A stretch of 64,000 nt of DNA from assembly GCA_051362555.1 (NCBI GenBank), contig CM120642.1:17360001-17424000 (forward strand), read 5' to 3'. Positions 41,071 through 54,727 of the stretch are shown here, piece by piece (positions within the stretch are counted from its first letter, which is position 1; every line of letters begins with the position of its first letter). Made by a program: the position numbers and the translations under genes. The stretch is from Lingula anatina. Taxonomy: Eukaryota > Animalia > Brachiopoda. The notes under the pieces are model-generated. The model searched no databases, was not told the origin of the DNA, and worked only from the letters and a program-made list of their open reading frames with translations.

Positions 41071-42727
41071 ATGGCATGGAAATGGAGGTCAGTAACGAAG
41101 ACAATTTTTATGGCGCTTTCGTCTGTCTTCATGTTGGCCTTAATATACAGAGGCTTCCTGGGGTGGAATACTGTCTTCCTCCTTCCTGCGGAGAGCGACA
41201 ATATCCACATCCGGCCCACTTCAAGGAATCAGACAGTCGATAAACGGATATATGACGATGGTGACACTGGGAAAATTACACAGGATATCACAGGTAATAT
41301 GTGAACTTTACCTAGGCCTACACGTATACCTGAGTGCGGCTGAGACCTCGTTAACCTTGAAAACCGGCCTTGCGTAGCCTTATATTTCTACAATATGTTT
41401 TTGTGAATAGGGTTAATGGGGGAGACGAAACCTGATGTTTTGTGTTAATGCAGCTAGGATATAAAGTAATTAATATATTTGATGGCATACTACAAAACCA
41501 CCATGCACGAAAGCATTGTATTGTTATGTATTGTGTTGTGTTGTATTGCACTGATTTGCATCCCATTGTTTTGTATTGCATGGTGTAGTATTGTATTGAG
41601 AAACTTTTCTCATTTCAGGTTCTCAGAATGTATCAGCGGACAAAGTGATCCTGATGACGTACGGAAGAACTGGATCCACGTGGTTTGGGCACTTGTTTGA
41701 CTACAACCCCAACGCGTTTTATTATTTTGAGCCATTCCAATCGTTAAAGCGATATCTTGACAGGAGCAAGATACTGCGCTATCCACCTAACACGTTTAGG
41801 TAGCGCTTTGATCATATTTTATCTAGAATATTGGTAGAATATTAAGAAGTATAGGAATGAGTTTAAAGGCATACTCTTAAGACCTTTACATAGCAAGACA
41901 TTTTCTGTCAAGTTAATAATAGCTACTCTCCCTATAACGCCAAGGTATACCTTTCTCAAAAAAAAAAAAAAAAAAAAAAAAAAAACCGAGAAAATTTCAA
42001 ACTGTTTCTTATTCTTAGTTTCTCATTGATATCGTCATGAGGAGAATTTACCAGGCTAGTCTATCTCAAAACGTGTGTCCGTATGTACTCGTACTGTGGT
42101 ATAATTTCTAAAAATTCCCAGAGATACATAAATGATCAGGTGCATCTCCTTAAAACTATTTAATTCACCTAGTCATATCTCCTTTTCAGAATTCTTTCAA
42201 GCAAGGATAACATACTCCCAATGATCACACAGATTGCAGATAGTTTTTTAAACTGCAGATTTTCTGAGGTACCATTACAGATATTAGCCCCAGACCCCCC
42301 GACCCATATGTCTTTTACAGACGAGGGAAGACACAGGCAGCTGACATCTTACAAAACATGCATCACATCTGGCAAAGATGACGCTTCTTGCGTCCCGTTA
42401 TTATTATCTGCGTGTCACAACGCCAGCATAGTCGCCTTTAAAACTCTCCGCATGAAAATTGAAATGGCGGAGGAACTACTTACAAAGAACCCGTCGTTGA
42501 AAGTTTTGCATTTGGTGCGTGACCCACGAGGTGAGTCCATCAAGATGTACGTTTATTGCTCATAATAATACGATAAACTTGTGAAAATATTGTGGATTTC
42601 AAATCGATCTCCCCTCCCCCCAACCTAAAAGCAAATCAATCAAGTATTTTTGTTATACATGGACATGTATAACATCTGCAATGTTTCGTTTAATTACACT
42701 TCAGCAGATTTTACCTGAGCCAAAATA

Positions 42728-42803
<76 letters not shown>

Positions 42804-43818
42804 ACAGTTATTATCGTTAAGAGTATTTGCCAGAGCTAAAATTCTGTTTTGATGTAGATCGCTCGCCTAGAGACACGATACAATTAATTTGGAACGAACC
42901 TGGTATGTGTACGACCGAAAATCAGCATTCTTCAACTTTTCATAATGAATTCATGCTGTGCATCCACAAGTATGATTGCAAAATTTTCATATCAACATTA
43001 AAGTGTGTCACCTGAAGGTATTCATCTGTCTAAATTATCGGGGGATCCAGGGTTTGGGTGGGGTTGGACGGGGGGGGGGGGGGGGGGGGGGGGGCGTAAA
43101 CAAGCTTTGTTTCTCTTTTCTTGGCAAAAATGAAACAGTATAAGAGGAGAACTTTACTAAATTAGTAAGTAGAACACATGGATTGCAGATTGCTTTTAGG
43201 AAGGGGAAGGGGGTGAAGAGTTTCCTCCGAAACTGAGAACGAAATTGAGGAAGAGCCTGGGTCCGCCATTAAAAGTAAATGGCTTTTTTTACATTGCTCA
43301 TCTGTTTTTTTCTCTTTTAATAAGCAATGCTCCTGTCCATGGAGACGACGTTCCCCTATTACAGACAATTCGAAAAGCAACCAGTGGAACAACGACCTCA
43401 CGCCGACGTGAAAGGTATTTGTGCCGATATGGAAGACAATATCAAAGCTTATATCAAATTAAAATCAAAATTTCCGGACAGAATTCAAGATCTCCGTTAC
43501 GAAGACATGGTGCAAGAACCAATGGCCAAAGCGGTAGAGGTTTACAAATTTCTTGGGCAACCGATGCCTTGGGTGGTTCAAGACTGGGTTCGGAACAGCA
43601 CCTCGTCCAATGTTGACAACGGTCCCTATGGGACATCCCGCGTGGACCCAGTTCGGACTGCTTACAAATGGATACCCTCCATCATGCCCAAGTTTGCTGA
43701 GATGATCGACGCGGAATGCAAAATGCCGATCCAACATTATGGATATGGAAATTTCTTTGAATTGAAATTGAAATACGATCTCCCTGACAGTTACAGGACT
43801 GAAAAGCTGCATTTTTGA
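41071..43818 (+). CDS. Golgi carbohydrate 6-O-sulfotransferase (CHST-like), copy ST2 (~412 aa)
   Basis: Exons 41071-41293, 41619-41799, 42190-42530, 43325-43818 (1239 nt). Signal anchor, TYGRTGST, YYFEP, LVRDPR, RYED. Confidence 0.92.
42730..42798. repeat. (TA)n microsatellite
   Basis: Perfect TA run. Confidence 0.95.
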
Positions 43819-44534
43819 CATATATTGATAGATATGAGTCATATGACATTCTATCATTATGCCCACCATGCGCTCGCATAAGCACAATCCTGCGTCATTT
43901 GATATTAAGTATGTGTAGAAGAGTGTTTTACACCGAAACTTACTGCACAAATAACTCTTCACTTGCATCTCTCTGTTATTTGAGGTCAGTCAACTTCGGT
44001 TTTATTGCTCAGTATAGTTTTATCACAAAGTTATGGTCACTTTTTGGGCCTACGGAATATAATCTATACACAGTAATGCAAATAATATGATGTCCCATTT
44101 AGTAACTAGTGAGTGATTCTCTCTCTCTTTCTCTCTCTCCGACTGTGTGTGTACGTGTGCGTGTGCGTGTGAATGCGTGTACTGAAATGTCTCGTTCTAG
44201 AGGCATCACCATCCCTTTAATCAACTATATTAGTAATTAAGTCTCGTTTTAATCACTGGGTTGATTCAATAAAGAAGAATGTAAACCAGAAATGCGGTGC
44301 ATTGTTTGTCATTCGATATGTTAATTTTTCAATTCAAGGAATTCACTCTGCTGGGCATTTTTTAAGCATAAATGAATATGGAAACGACATCCATAAACCC
44401 ATGTCATTAACACGTAACTAAATTTGGCTTATTTAAAACACGCAAGCTGTATTTATCGAGGTAGAACAAATTATATGTCCAATACGTACAGGTTGCTAGC
44501 TCTTGTGTAGAGATGATTCACATCCCCAGAAATG

Positions 44535-44600
44535 CACTGACGTCACGTGACGTGACGTGACATTACGTCACGCCTAGCCCACTGCGCATGCGTGCATTTT
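44535..44600. promoter_or_regulatory. Dense CRE/E-box/NRF1-like motif cluster
   Basis: TGACGTCA overlapping CACGTG, repeated TGACGT, and TGCGCATGCG; motif match only. Confidence 0.35.
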
Positions 44601-46160
44601 TAATGCCAGATTGCCATAGGAAAATGAATGGGTTCGCGATTCGTAGGTAATTCGTGAGAATTGACAAACTAACGGCCTGATGCCGATAGACAGCAACGCT
44701 GTGATATGCTTCAAGCAACTCCTGACCAAATATCGCTAGGGTTTTTAAAAAAATTCTGTTGTACACACGTACTAAGAAGTTTGCCGTATATTGCCTAAAC
44801 TACCCTCAGCAAAACGCAAATATTTTCAGTAATAGTGATTTTAGACGGTAGATTCACTCAGAAACAAAGGGAAATTAATTCTTTGCCGATAGCACCAGCT
44901 GATAGCAGTAACATACAGAGTCTGATTAAAAAATTTCATGGCAATTGAAGATTTTTTACCACTGTACAATGGAGTCCAAACAGAGCACTTGGCACAAAAA
45001 CTGCCCAGTGCAAGGCCAAGAATTCAATCAGTATTTTCAATCATATTATCAGATTCTACATAAATTGACTGACCATATCACTACTCAGTATTTAACTAAT
45101 CTCTTAATCCAAAATTCCTATCATCATTTAATAATTATGCAAAATTCTTCTTTCAGATTGCTATTTATTTAAATTTTTAATGCTGCAACTGTTCCAAAAT
45201 AATCTTGTAGTAAAGGAAAAATGCAAATAAGAAGTGGAAGACCAATTTTACCCACAGTATTCAATTATTTGAATATAAAAAGAATAAGATCACGATTTAA
45301 CAAATTAAAATAATCTTTCATGAACTCTTTCATGAATAACATATTAAACAAAAATGAAAGTTATAAATCAGTGGTAATGGCTTATTCTGGAATATATGAC
45401 CTCTGTACATCATCAGTACCTGACTTGGTACATTATAGTTACTACTTGGATACAGAGTTAGATTTAATAATGTAACAATAAGAACAATATATATTATAAT
45501 AATAAACTTCTCTGCACATATCAGACGCTTGTTACCATGAACTAACACTACTTGACAATGGGCTGAGCACTTATCACAGAGTCTGTGTGCGATGCCATTC
45601 TTGTGCTGTGATTGGTTAGTTGAGTCACGTGAAGCCCTACTGTTGCGCCCTCGCGTATCGCGTAAATGCTGCACATTTCTGGCCATGTGTGGTTCAGGTA
45701 CCTCGGTATTCTCTGTGGTCCACAGATTATCACAAACTAAACTTTCTAAACTTTTTTATGACCATCATTGCGCTAAGAGAAGGGCCTGTCGTCTACTCTC
45801 TGAACAATCTGATTTTGACCTCCCCTCAAAAAAAAAACTATTATACATAGACCAAATGCCTGCACCCCTTCCCCAAAATGTATCTTTATGTATTGTATCT
45901 CCCATTGGCGGTTAATTAAAAAAAAAAAAAAAAAAAAAAAACGGCGCTCATAATCAGTACAGACAGCATTAAGTAAAGATATACATGCACATGCTTATAT
46001 ACGCACGAGTATTATGCTTGTGTTTCACTTACTCCATTTGATCTTTGCGGGCTTTCTTAATGTTACTGAATATTTCAGCTAGTTGACTCATTTTGTTTCA
46101 GCTAGTTGACTCATTGTACACTACATGCACATCAGCATGTGTCTTGTAACGCCTTTATTA

Positions 46161-46428
46161 GGGACCATTCTCAGACCCTATCGTACTAGTTTTGGATCGA
46201 TCTATCTCCTAGGGGATTCTCACTAAATTGCAATCAACTTAAGCGGCTTAGTTGTCTGTCACGCCTACTGAAGCTGATAGGGGATAATAAACTATCGTTG
46301 AACAGCTTCAGCAGGCGTGTCAGACATCTAAACCGCTTAAGCTGAAAGCAATGTAGCAAAAAACCTCTGGAGATGGACCGATCCTGTTAGATCTATCTAC
46401 AGGTATACGTAGGTATGGGAACCCAGTC
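46161..46428. mobile_element. Palindromic Harbinger-like MITE with TTA TSD, upstream of ST3
   Basis: ~95-bp imperfect arms centred near 46290; TTA at 46158-60 and 46429-31; absent from the paralogous ST2 upstream region. Confidence 0.75.
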
Positions 46429-46702
46429 TTAGCCCAGTTCTGAGCCGTTGGAGCGAAGCAAACAGTGTTAATTACTATGACTTCTAGACCACATCAAGAC
46501 ATTTAACACATTTACCTTTCTATTCTTCTGGTCTTTAAGTAGATATAAAGTAAATGCTGCTCATGCACATGCATTGATATTTATTTCATGCATTTGGTTC
46601 AATCATGGTGTGGACATACCAGTAACCACCGGCCACTGAATCTTTAACCCTCCAAGTGCTACACACTTATGTTTTATTGGTCAACCCGTAGATACACCGA
46701 GT

Positions 46703-49191
46703 ATGGCATGGAAATGGAAGACAGTGTTCATGGCGCTCGCATCTGTCTTCCTCTTGACTTTAATATACAGCTGCTTATTGGGGTGGAATACTATCTCGTT
46801 TCTTCCAATGAAGAGTCACAATATCAAGGTCCTGCAGCCCCCATCAAGAAATCAGACAGTCGATAGACGGAAACATGACGATCCTGACACTGGGAAATTT
46901 CCAAAGGATATCACAGGGGGTAATATATATATATGAATATATATATCCCGATGGCATAGTACTGGTACAACTACTGTGCAGAGGAAATTATTGTATTGTA
47001 TTGTATTATATTGTATTGCATTGTGGTATGTAGCAATGCTATGTGTTGCGTCGAATTGTCTTGTATTGCTTTGCATCCCATTGTTTTATCTTGCATGGTG
47101 TAGTATTGATTTGAATAGCATTTCTTATTTCAGGTTCTCAGAACATATCTGCGGACAAAGTCATCCTGATGACGTACGGAAGAACAGGATCCACGTGGTT
47201 CGGGCACCTGTTCGACTACAATCCCAACGCTTTTTATTATTTTGAGCCATTCCAATCGTTATATCGCCATTTTGAAAAGAACAAAACACTGCGCTACCCC
47301 AGTAACACGTTTAGGTAGCGCTTTTTACAAATGTCATTAAAAATATAGCGATCATATTAAGCACATGTCAAAAGTTCAAAGGTATACCCTTAAAACCTTT
47401 ATATAGCAACACAAAATGTTTTTTCATGAACATTAGAGCAACTTTCCCTATAGCACCAATTTATACCTTACTCATAAACGATAGGAAATTTCAAACTACC
47501 AATCTTTTCTTTAGTAATTAGTTTCTTATTTTAATCGTAATGATTGAAATTCACCATCCTTAATCTCCACAGCGGCATTGATTCAAAACGCATGAGGTAG
47601 TGGACGGCCATATAAGCACGTACAAGTACATCTCGTATAATTTCTAACAATTCTTGAGTGATTCTTGAATGGTCTACGTGACCTTAAATCATTTAAACAT
47701 ATCAAGTCATAATTTCTTTTCAGAAACGTATCAAACAAAGAAGACATACTGTCAATGATCACTCAGATTGCAGACAGTTTTATAAACTGCAGATTTTCTG
47801 AGGTACCATTAGAAATACTGGCCCCAGACCCCCCGAACCATATGTCTTTTGTCAATGAGGAAAGACATAAGCAGCTGACAACCTACAAAACATGCATCAC
47901 ATCTGGCAAAGATGACGCTTCTTGCGTCCCTTTATTATTATCTGCGTGTCACAACGCCAGCTTAGTCACCTTTAAAACTCTCCGCATGAAAATTGAAATG
48001 GCGGAAGAACTCCTTACAAAGAACCCGTCGTTGAAAATTTTGCATTTGGTGCGTGACCCACGAGGTGAGTCCAACAAAATAGGCGTGTATGGTCAATAAT
48101 GAAGAGAGAAACTTGCAATAATATTTTAGCGTTCAAATCTTATATACTGGGCGCCGAAAAGAGATATTTTGAATGTCAGTTGTCTGGAAACTGTAGCCAT
48201 CTGGCGTCGCCAATTAAAACGAACAAATGCCAGGGCCGAAGAGCTACATGTTCGCTCTAAACCTTTTTTTTAATGTGGGTTTAGACGTTCAATGTGAAAT
48301 GACCTGGCCCAGACACGATATATTTAATTTAGATTTAATCAGGTATAGAAGCCAGCATACAATAGATGTAGCCATGCTGTGCATCCACTACATTAATTGC
48401 AAGGTATTCCGTAAAGCATTTAAACAACGCGTTATCCACAGTGTATAATATTCTATGGAAAACATTGGCGGATCCAATTTATTAAAAAGTAGAAGAGGAT
48501 TATCTTATTACAAATTGTGGAGCACAATGATGGGAAATTGCTTGTTTCTGTCTAGTAAATGAATGTCATTATATCGTTAAAGAGGGAGGGGATCTTCCTA
48601 AATAAGGTGCATCAGCCCGTTCCCTGAACCGTTTTTGTAAGTGAATTATATTTCTGTTGCTTATTTCCTTTCTTTTTCACATTTTTCGTCGAATAAGCAA
48701 TGCTCTTGTCCATGGAGAAGACGTTCCCCTATTATAGACAGTTCGAGGACCAACCAGAAGAGCAACGATCCCACCCTGAAGTGAAAGGCATTTGTGCTAG
48801 AATGGCAGACAATATAAGAGCTTATATCAAACTTAAATCAGAATTCCCAGACAGAATTCAAGATTTTCGTTACGAAGACATGGTACAAGACCCAATGTCC
48901 AAAGCCGTAGAGGTTTACAAATTTCTTGGACAACCGATGCCTTCGGTGGTTAGAGACTGGGTTCGGAATAGCACCTCATCCAATGTTGACAACGGGCCCT
49001 ATGGAACATCCCGCGTCGATCCAGTTCGGACTGCTTACAAATGGATACCCTCTATTTTGCCAAAGTTTGCTGAGATGATCGACGTGGAATGTAAATTGCC
49101 GATTCAACATTATAGATATGGGGATTTCCGTGAGCTAAAACTGAAATATGATGTCCCACAGAGTTATAGAACTGTGAGGTTGCATCTTTGA
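46703..49191 (+). CDS. Golgi carbohydrate 6-O-sulfotransferase (CHST-like), copy ST3, tandem paralogue of ST2 (~410 aa)
   Basis: Exons 46703-46919, 47134-47314, 47724-48064, 48698-49191 (1233 nt). Exons 2-4 have the same lengths as in ST2 and the same motifs. Confidence 0.92.
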
Positions 49192-49294
49192 CAGGCGCTT
49201 GAATGTGATGTCAGGAAATATGTTGTACTCCTCAATGAAACATATCCACTTTATTGAAAGGAATTACTATTTTAATGTACCGGGGTATGCACAA

Positions 49295-49619
49295 GTGCGT
49301 CTGATTTAGTCTTAACGTGTAATTTTAGATCACAAACAATGTAACACGGTCATAAATCATGAGTAAGACCATTACTGGACTGACTTCCAATTACATGTAA
49401 GTTGTTACGCAATTGTTTCCCCTCATACGTTCTCCTATTGTGAGCAGAGGTTCCCTCCATTGTGAGGGGAGGAAGTTGATTCACCATTTCAGTAGATGTT
49501 AGATAGTTTTTGATCTTAAAAGCAGACGCCATCCTTTTTAAAACTTTTGCTGCAATGATTAAGATCGCGTAAGATCATTTGTGATCGAAAATTGCACTTT
49601 AAGACTAAATCAAGCGCAA
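49295..49619. mobile_element. MITE with ~60-bp TIRs just downstream of the ST3 stop
   Basis: tgatttagtcttaacgtgtaattttagatcacaaa pairs with tttgtgatcgaaaattgcactttaagactaaatca. Confidence 0.65.
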
Positions 49620-51836
49620 TAGTGATGGGTAATGAACACTGAAGTACCCCCTACTTCCCCACTCTCTCCATCTTTCCCCTTCCCTTCCCACTCCACCTTA
49701 ACAAAAACACTTGAAATGACACAAAAGCAAATAGGTGCTCAGCTGTAGTTTGATCGTAATGGCCAGTTTTATGGACCCAGAGAATATATCTCTTAAAAAG
49801 AAATGCGAATAATGTGTTCCGCTTGGTGACGAGTGAGTATCCCTCTCTCTCTCTCTCTCTCTGTTAAATTGTCTCGTTCTAGAGGCACCACCATCCACTT
49901 AAACACCTACAGTAACTGTGGTGTCTTTTTTTTAATCTGTTTTAGGACTGCGTAAAAATATTAAAACAAATAATGAAAACACATACTGCATTGCATTGTT
50001 TGTCATTTTATATCCTCATTTTTTAATTCAAGGAACGTGCTCTAATGAACATTTTGAAAAATAGCTGTTCCAAGTTTAAATTAATAATAAATAAATACAA
50101 AAATTAATTACCTTAAATCAAATACGATAAATTCGCTCTCAACGTCAGCTGAAGAGAAGTATATATATATAATAACACCCATTTTTCTTTCAAGCTACTT
50201 CTTTGACCCAAATAACAATCATTAAAACTACTAATAATTTATATACTTTTACATTGTATGTCTCTCTTTACCTCTTATTCCCAGTGCCATTTCTTCTTGA
50301 CATATATCTAAGGCATACAGCTGCACAGATAACTTAAAGGGATAATAACTCTTCGTTTTTGCCAAAAATTGAATTTTCCTGGAGTAAATAACAATTTCCC
50401 CATACTTACCAATGGTTAATGAATCCATTTTGTACATTCAAAGTTAGTCCCTGGTTTTTTTCTAAAAAGTTTAGTCTTTTGTTAAAATCTCTTAAGTTAA
50501 AAGAGATTATAACAGAGTATAGCCATCAATGGAGGTCACGTGGTCTGAAGCCAAGCTCAGATATCAGAATAATAGCTATAACTGCCGTTTTTGTCGTAAA
50601 ACAGAATATATTATATTTCTATGAGTTATTCACAAAGTTTTTATTGGGAAATATAGACCTCACACGAAGAGCTATTATCCCTTTAAACAATCGCTAAATC
50701 ACGATTACAGGTACATGTATGTGCCTCTGAAAACGTTGGTTTGCTACACATATATTACACATCAGGACAATTTAATTTTTTTGAAATATACTAATAGCCC
50801 ATATCTTTAATGACACAGAGAACATAAACAATCGCTTTAACGCGATTATACAATATTTGCACATTTAATACGAATATGTCATTTAGTTATATGATTTATA
50901 TCTATAAATTAAATAAGTCATATCACATTTATTCTATATTCCTTTTTGCATGAAGTCTACATTTGCACAGGTACATATAACTTAAAGCATCGCTAAAACA
51001 CGATCTGAGCATATAAATATATACTGTTTTGTCACTTCTATAATAAGTACGATAGATATAATTTATAGTGGTAATTGCACATATAACATCTATTATCGCT
51101 AAAACGCAATTAAATACGAATGAAAATATCGTTTTTGCATATCTATGACATGCACATAAAATCAATGAAATACAGCTTCATTAAATGTACATGTACAACA
51201 TGTAACTTAAAATAAAATAAACGCGTTTGTACTAGTTCAGATAAATAAATAAGGTATTATACTGATGCATCTATGAAGATCTACTATAAAAATGTAACTT
51301 ATTTACTTCTTAAAGATCTATACGGTGCTTTCATATGAATCTACTAGTTCAGATGTAATGGCCTTAAAGGCAAAGAGAGTAAATTACACCAGGGTAAAAT
51401 AAACCAGATTTTTAAAAATCGATTATCACTGAAGTACATGTATCTTAACAGGACTAGTCGTGATAAAACTTTTTGTTTGTATTCACGCCTGATGGCCTTG
51501 GTTTGAGACGAAAAAGATAATAAATATTTTTACTCAGTGCACAACAATTCACTCCTAAAATAAAGGGGCATTAAAAAGTATGTTTCACAGAGACAACAAC
51601 AACAAAAAAAAAAAAAAAAAAAAAAAAGGATTAAAAAAACTAGTACTTTTTGCAGTTGATCACCGATAAAATATTGTCTCTTTAAGCACTTAATAGTATA
51701 CACGTGCGTTGACAATGAAAAAGCACTTAATACCTTACTATCTGTTGAACGCAGAGTACAATCCGGGGTGGGGCTGGCTTGATAACAAACTTTCCAGCAG
51801 CATGGACTGTTACGACCTCATGTTCGCTCCTGTCCT

Positions 51837-53541
51837 TCATTCAAGTTGAGATAAAATTTCATCATATTTACTCCTAAGTTTGTCATATGGCGTGTAGTTG
51901 AAATACTTCATTCCATGAGAGCACTCGTTCTCAACAAGCTCCACAAGTTTCAACGGGATGGTGGGAACCCACTTGTACGCTGTCTGAGCGGGATCCGTGC
52001 GTGACGTACCAAAAACACCGTTGTCCTCTTTCGCTGAGGCGCTATCCCGTACGAAATCTCTTACTTCTAAAGGCATACGATGTCCTAGAAACTGATACAC
52101 CTCTTCTGCCTTTCGCACGGGATCTTTAATGGCATCCTCGTAACGTATGACAAAAATTCTTCCAGGGAACTTAGTTTCCAGTTTTCGATACATGTTGGCG
52201 TTATCCCCTACGTTTTTGCAGTATCCCCGTATAAAATTAAACAAATTTATCCCAACGGGTGCTATTGTTTCGGTCCTCAGCTTTTCAAATGTTTTCCATG
52301 ACGAAAGCATCGTAGCTACAAAGAAAATGAAAAAGGGTCTGATGCAAGCCATTGAATTTGATATTGTAAACATTACGAGTAGGATTTGACGAATAGTTTT
52401 TTTTCATCGGAACAAAATTAATTACTTTGAACAAAATATTGATCAAAATTTAAGTTCGTGGTCTGTATATACAAAAAGTCTGATAAATAAGTAATGAAAT
52501 ATATATAACAGAACACTTGGTAAAATCAAATCACCTCTAGGATCACGTATTAAGTACAAGATTTTCAGAGCCGGGTTTCTATCCAACATGCCCGCCGTCA
52601 TCCGTAAAGTCATTCGGATAGTTTTAAATGACACGATGCTGGCGTTTTGGCACGCAGATGTTAACAGCGGTATGCATGGCCGGTCGTCGGTTTCGTATAA
52701 AATACAAGACTTAAACCTCGACATCTGGCGGTGCCGCCCTCCTATAGTAAACCAACTGTGTTTTAATCCGCCAGGAGCGAGCACGGAGAGGGGGACATTT
52801 TCAAAGTGGCAGTTCAAGAAATTTTCTGTTATCCGTATTGATACTGTCGTGTCTTTTGGACCCGGTGCTTGTCTGTAAAAATGTATATAGAATGTTTGTT
52901 TTATTTTGATATTTGTTTGTTCGAACGAACAAATAAACCGACTGATACTCAATTGAAAAGTAAGCATAGGGTTTTATAGACAAATAAAGCTCTACAGATA
53001 AATTCATTTTTTTAATTAACCATTAATCCAGATATTACGAAATAAAAAAGTGAGATAGAAAATTAAAAACATTTTTAAAATGTTACACAAGCTAACCTAT
53101 AAAGCGGCAAAAATGTATTCAAACACACACACAAAAAAAAAATAATAAACTAAACAGCAGAAATGCACATAATGACATAATGGCACAAGTACAATTTCAC
53201 TACAATGCTTTAAACCCCCTGTACACTGGACGGCGTCCCTTCTGCGTCCTTTGTGCGACCATAAAACTGGCATTGCTGTGGTCAAAAAAAGGAGGCACGA
53301 GCATCACTTTGGTTGCTAAATGAATCCTCAATGATCGGCTAGTTGTCGGCACGTGGAGTATTCTTTATTTTTACTCTCAAACGGGGCCGTTCTACGTGGA
53401 CGCAGAAAGGACGCCGTCCAGTGTAAAGGGAGCTGGTCTGTTTTAGAAAAGAGCAACGGCCATTTTTGAACACAAGACAATGACGAACCCACCCCTAACC
53501 CCATCTTAGCGACCAAGGTATTCATCATTCCTCAAAAAAAA

Positions 53542-53576
<35 letters not shown>

Positions 53577-54383
53577 ACAATAATAATAATAATAATAATA
53601 AATAAAAAATAAATAAATTAATTAATTAATTTAAAAAAAGAGAGAGAGAGAGAGACAAAGAGAAGTCATTATCCACCGACTTCTGCAGAAACACTATAGA
53701 CTTATCCAGTGAAAAAAATGAGGTCGCTATGTTTACAGCTCAAATCTGACATCAGTTCTTGGGGAAACAGGGAACTATCGATAACTGCTCACTCTGTTTT
53801 CCCTGTTGTGTATAGGAACTGTCTCCTTCTTTGGATATCTTCTTTAAGAGCGTGTAGAGGCTCAAAGTAGTATAAGGCATTAGGGTTGTAGTTCAGGAGC
53901 TCTCCCAACCATGACGAACCAGATCTGCCATGAGTTAAAAGAATCACTTGTTTGGCCGGGGTGATTTGAACATCTAGAAGAAAAAAAAAAGATCCAGCGG
54001 TCAGTGAGTGGCAACATCTGCTCACATCAGTCTGATAAACTTACGTCCAGGTTGCTCGTAAGCTAACGGTATGAAAGTTTTTTCCGCTTGTGTTTGTTAA
54101 TTATCATTTATGATCCAACTACCAAGCTAATGAACATTTTTGCTCAAGACAAAAACAGAAGTAGAGACTCGAAATTGTCAAAGCGTAAGTATTTTTATCA
54201 TTAGCTGAAAATCTACCGCACGTTTATCTTTTAACTTAAACAAGAAAAAACTGTCTAATGCATCCGTGCACTTTTTTACCGGTACTTTGTTTTCTGGGAT
54301 GACCGGATATTTATATGGATCTTATGCTACGTAATTTTATTGTAAGAAACAGCGATTTTGATATTCTCATTATTATTACCAAA

Positions 54384-54429
<46 letters not shown>

Positions 54430-54727
54430 TCAGTCCAATATGATAACGACTGAACCATTATCGAAAACCTTTTTAGCTTTTTTTTTATACATGCGCTTTC
54501 CACCTCCCAGTTTAGACATGGTGTCACTATACAAGCGTGGTTGTAAACTGTCGTTTTATTTAAAATTGCACACGTCCATGTGAGACAAATTTAGCTGAAG
54601 ATATTTGTCTTTTATGCGATACCCAAAACAGTGTGATTAAACCGAAAAGAATTATAATAAAAAGGGAAGTAATTTTAATGAAAAGGCCGTGTGTCTTCTC
54701 TGTAGAAGACTTCCATTTAATTAACAT
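51837..54727 (-). CDS. Golgi carbohydrate 6-O-sulfotransferase (CHST-like), copy ST4 (~383 aa with the proximal first exon)
   Basis: Exons 54727-54574 (anchor LFIKITSLFIIILFGLITLFWV; weak donor gtgtgc), 53973-53793, 52872-52535, 52315-51837. Motifs THGRSGSS, YYFEP, LIRDPR, RYED. Confidence 0.88.
53212..53434. mobile_element. Harbinger-like MITE in ST4 intron 2
   Basis: 33-bp TIRs ccctgtacactggacggcgtcccttctgcgtcc / ggacgcagaaaggacgccgtccagtgtaaaggg. Confidence 0.75.

Noticed and set aside
43465-43968. 167-aa minus-strand ORF
   Set aside because: Antisense shadow of ST2 exon 4.
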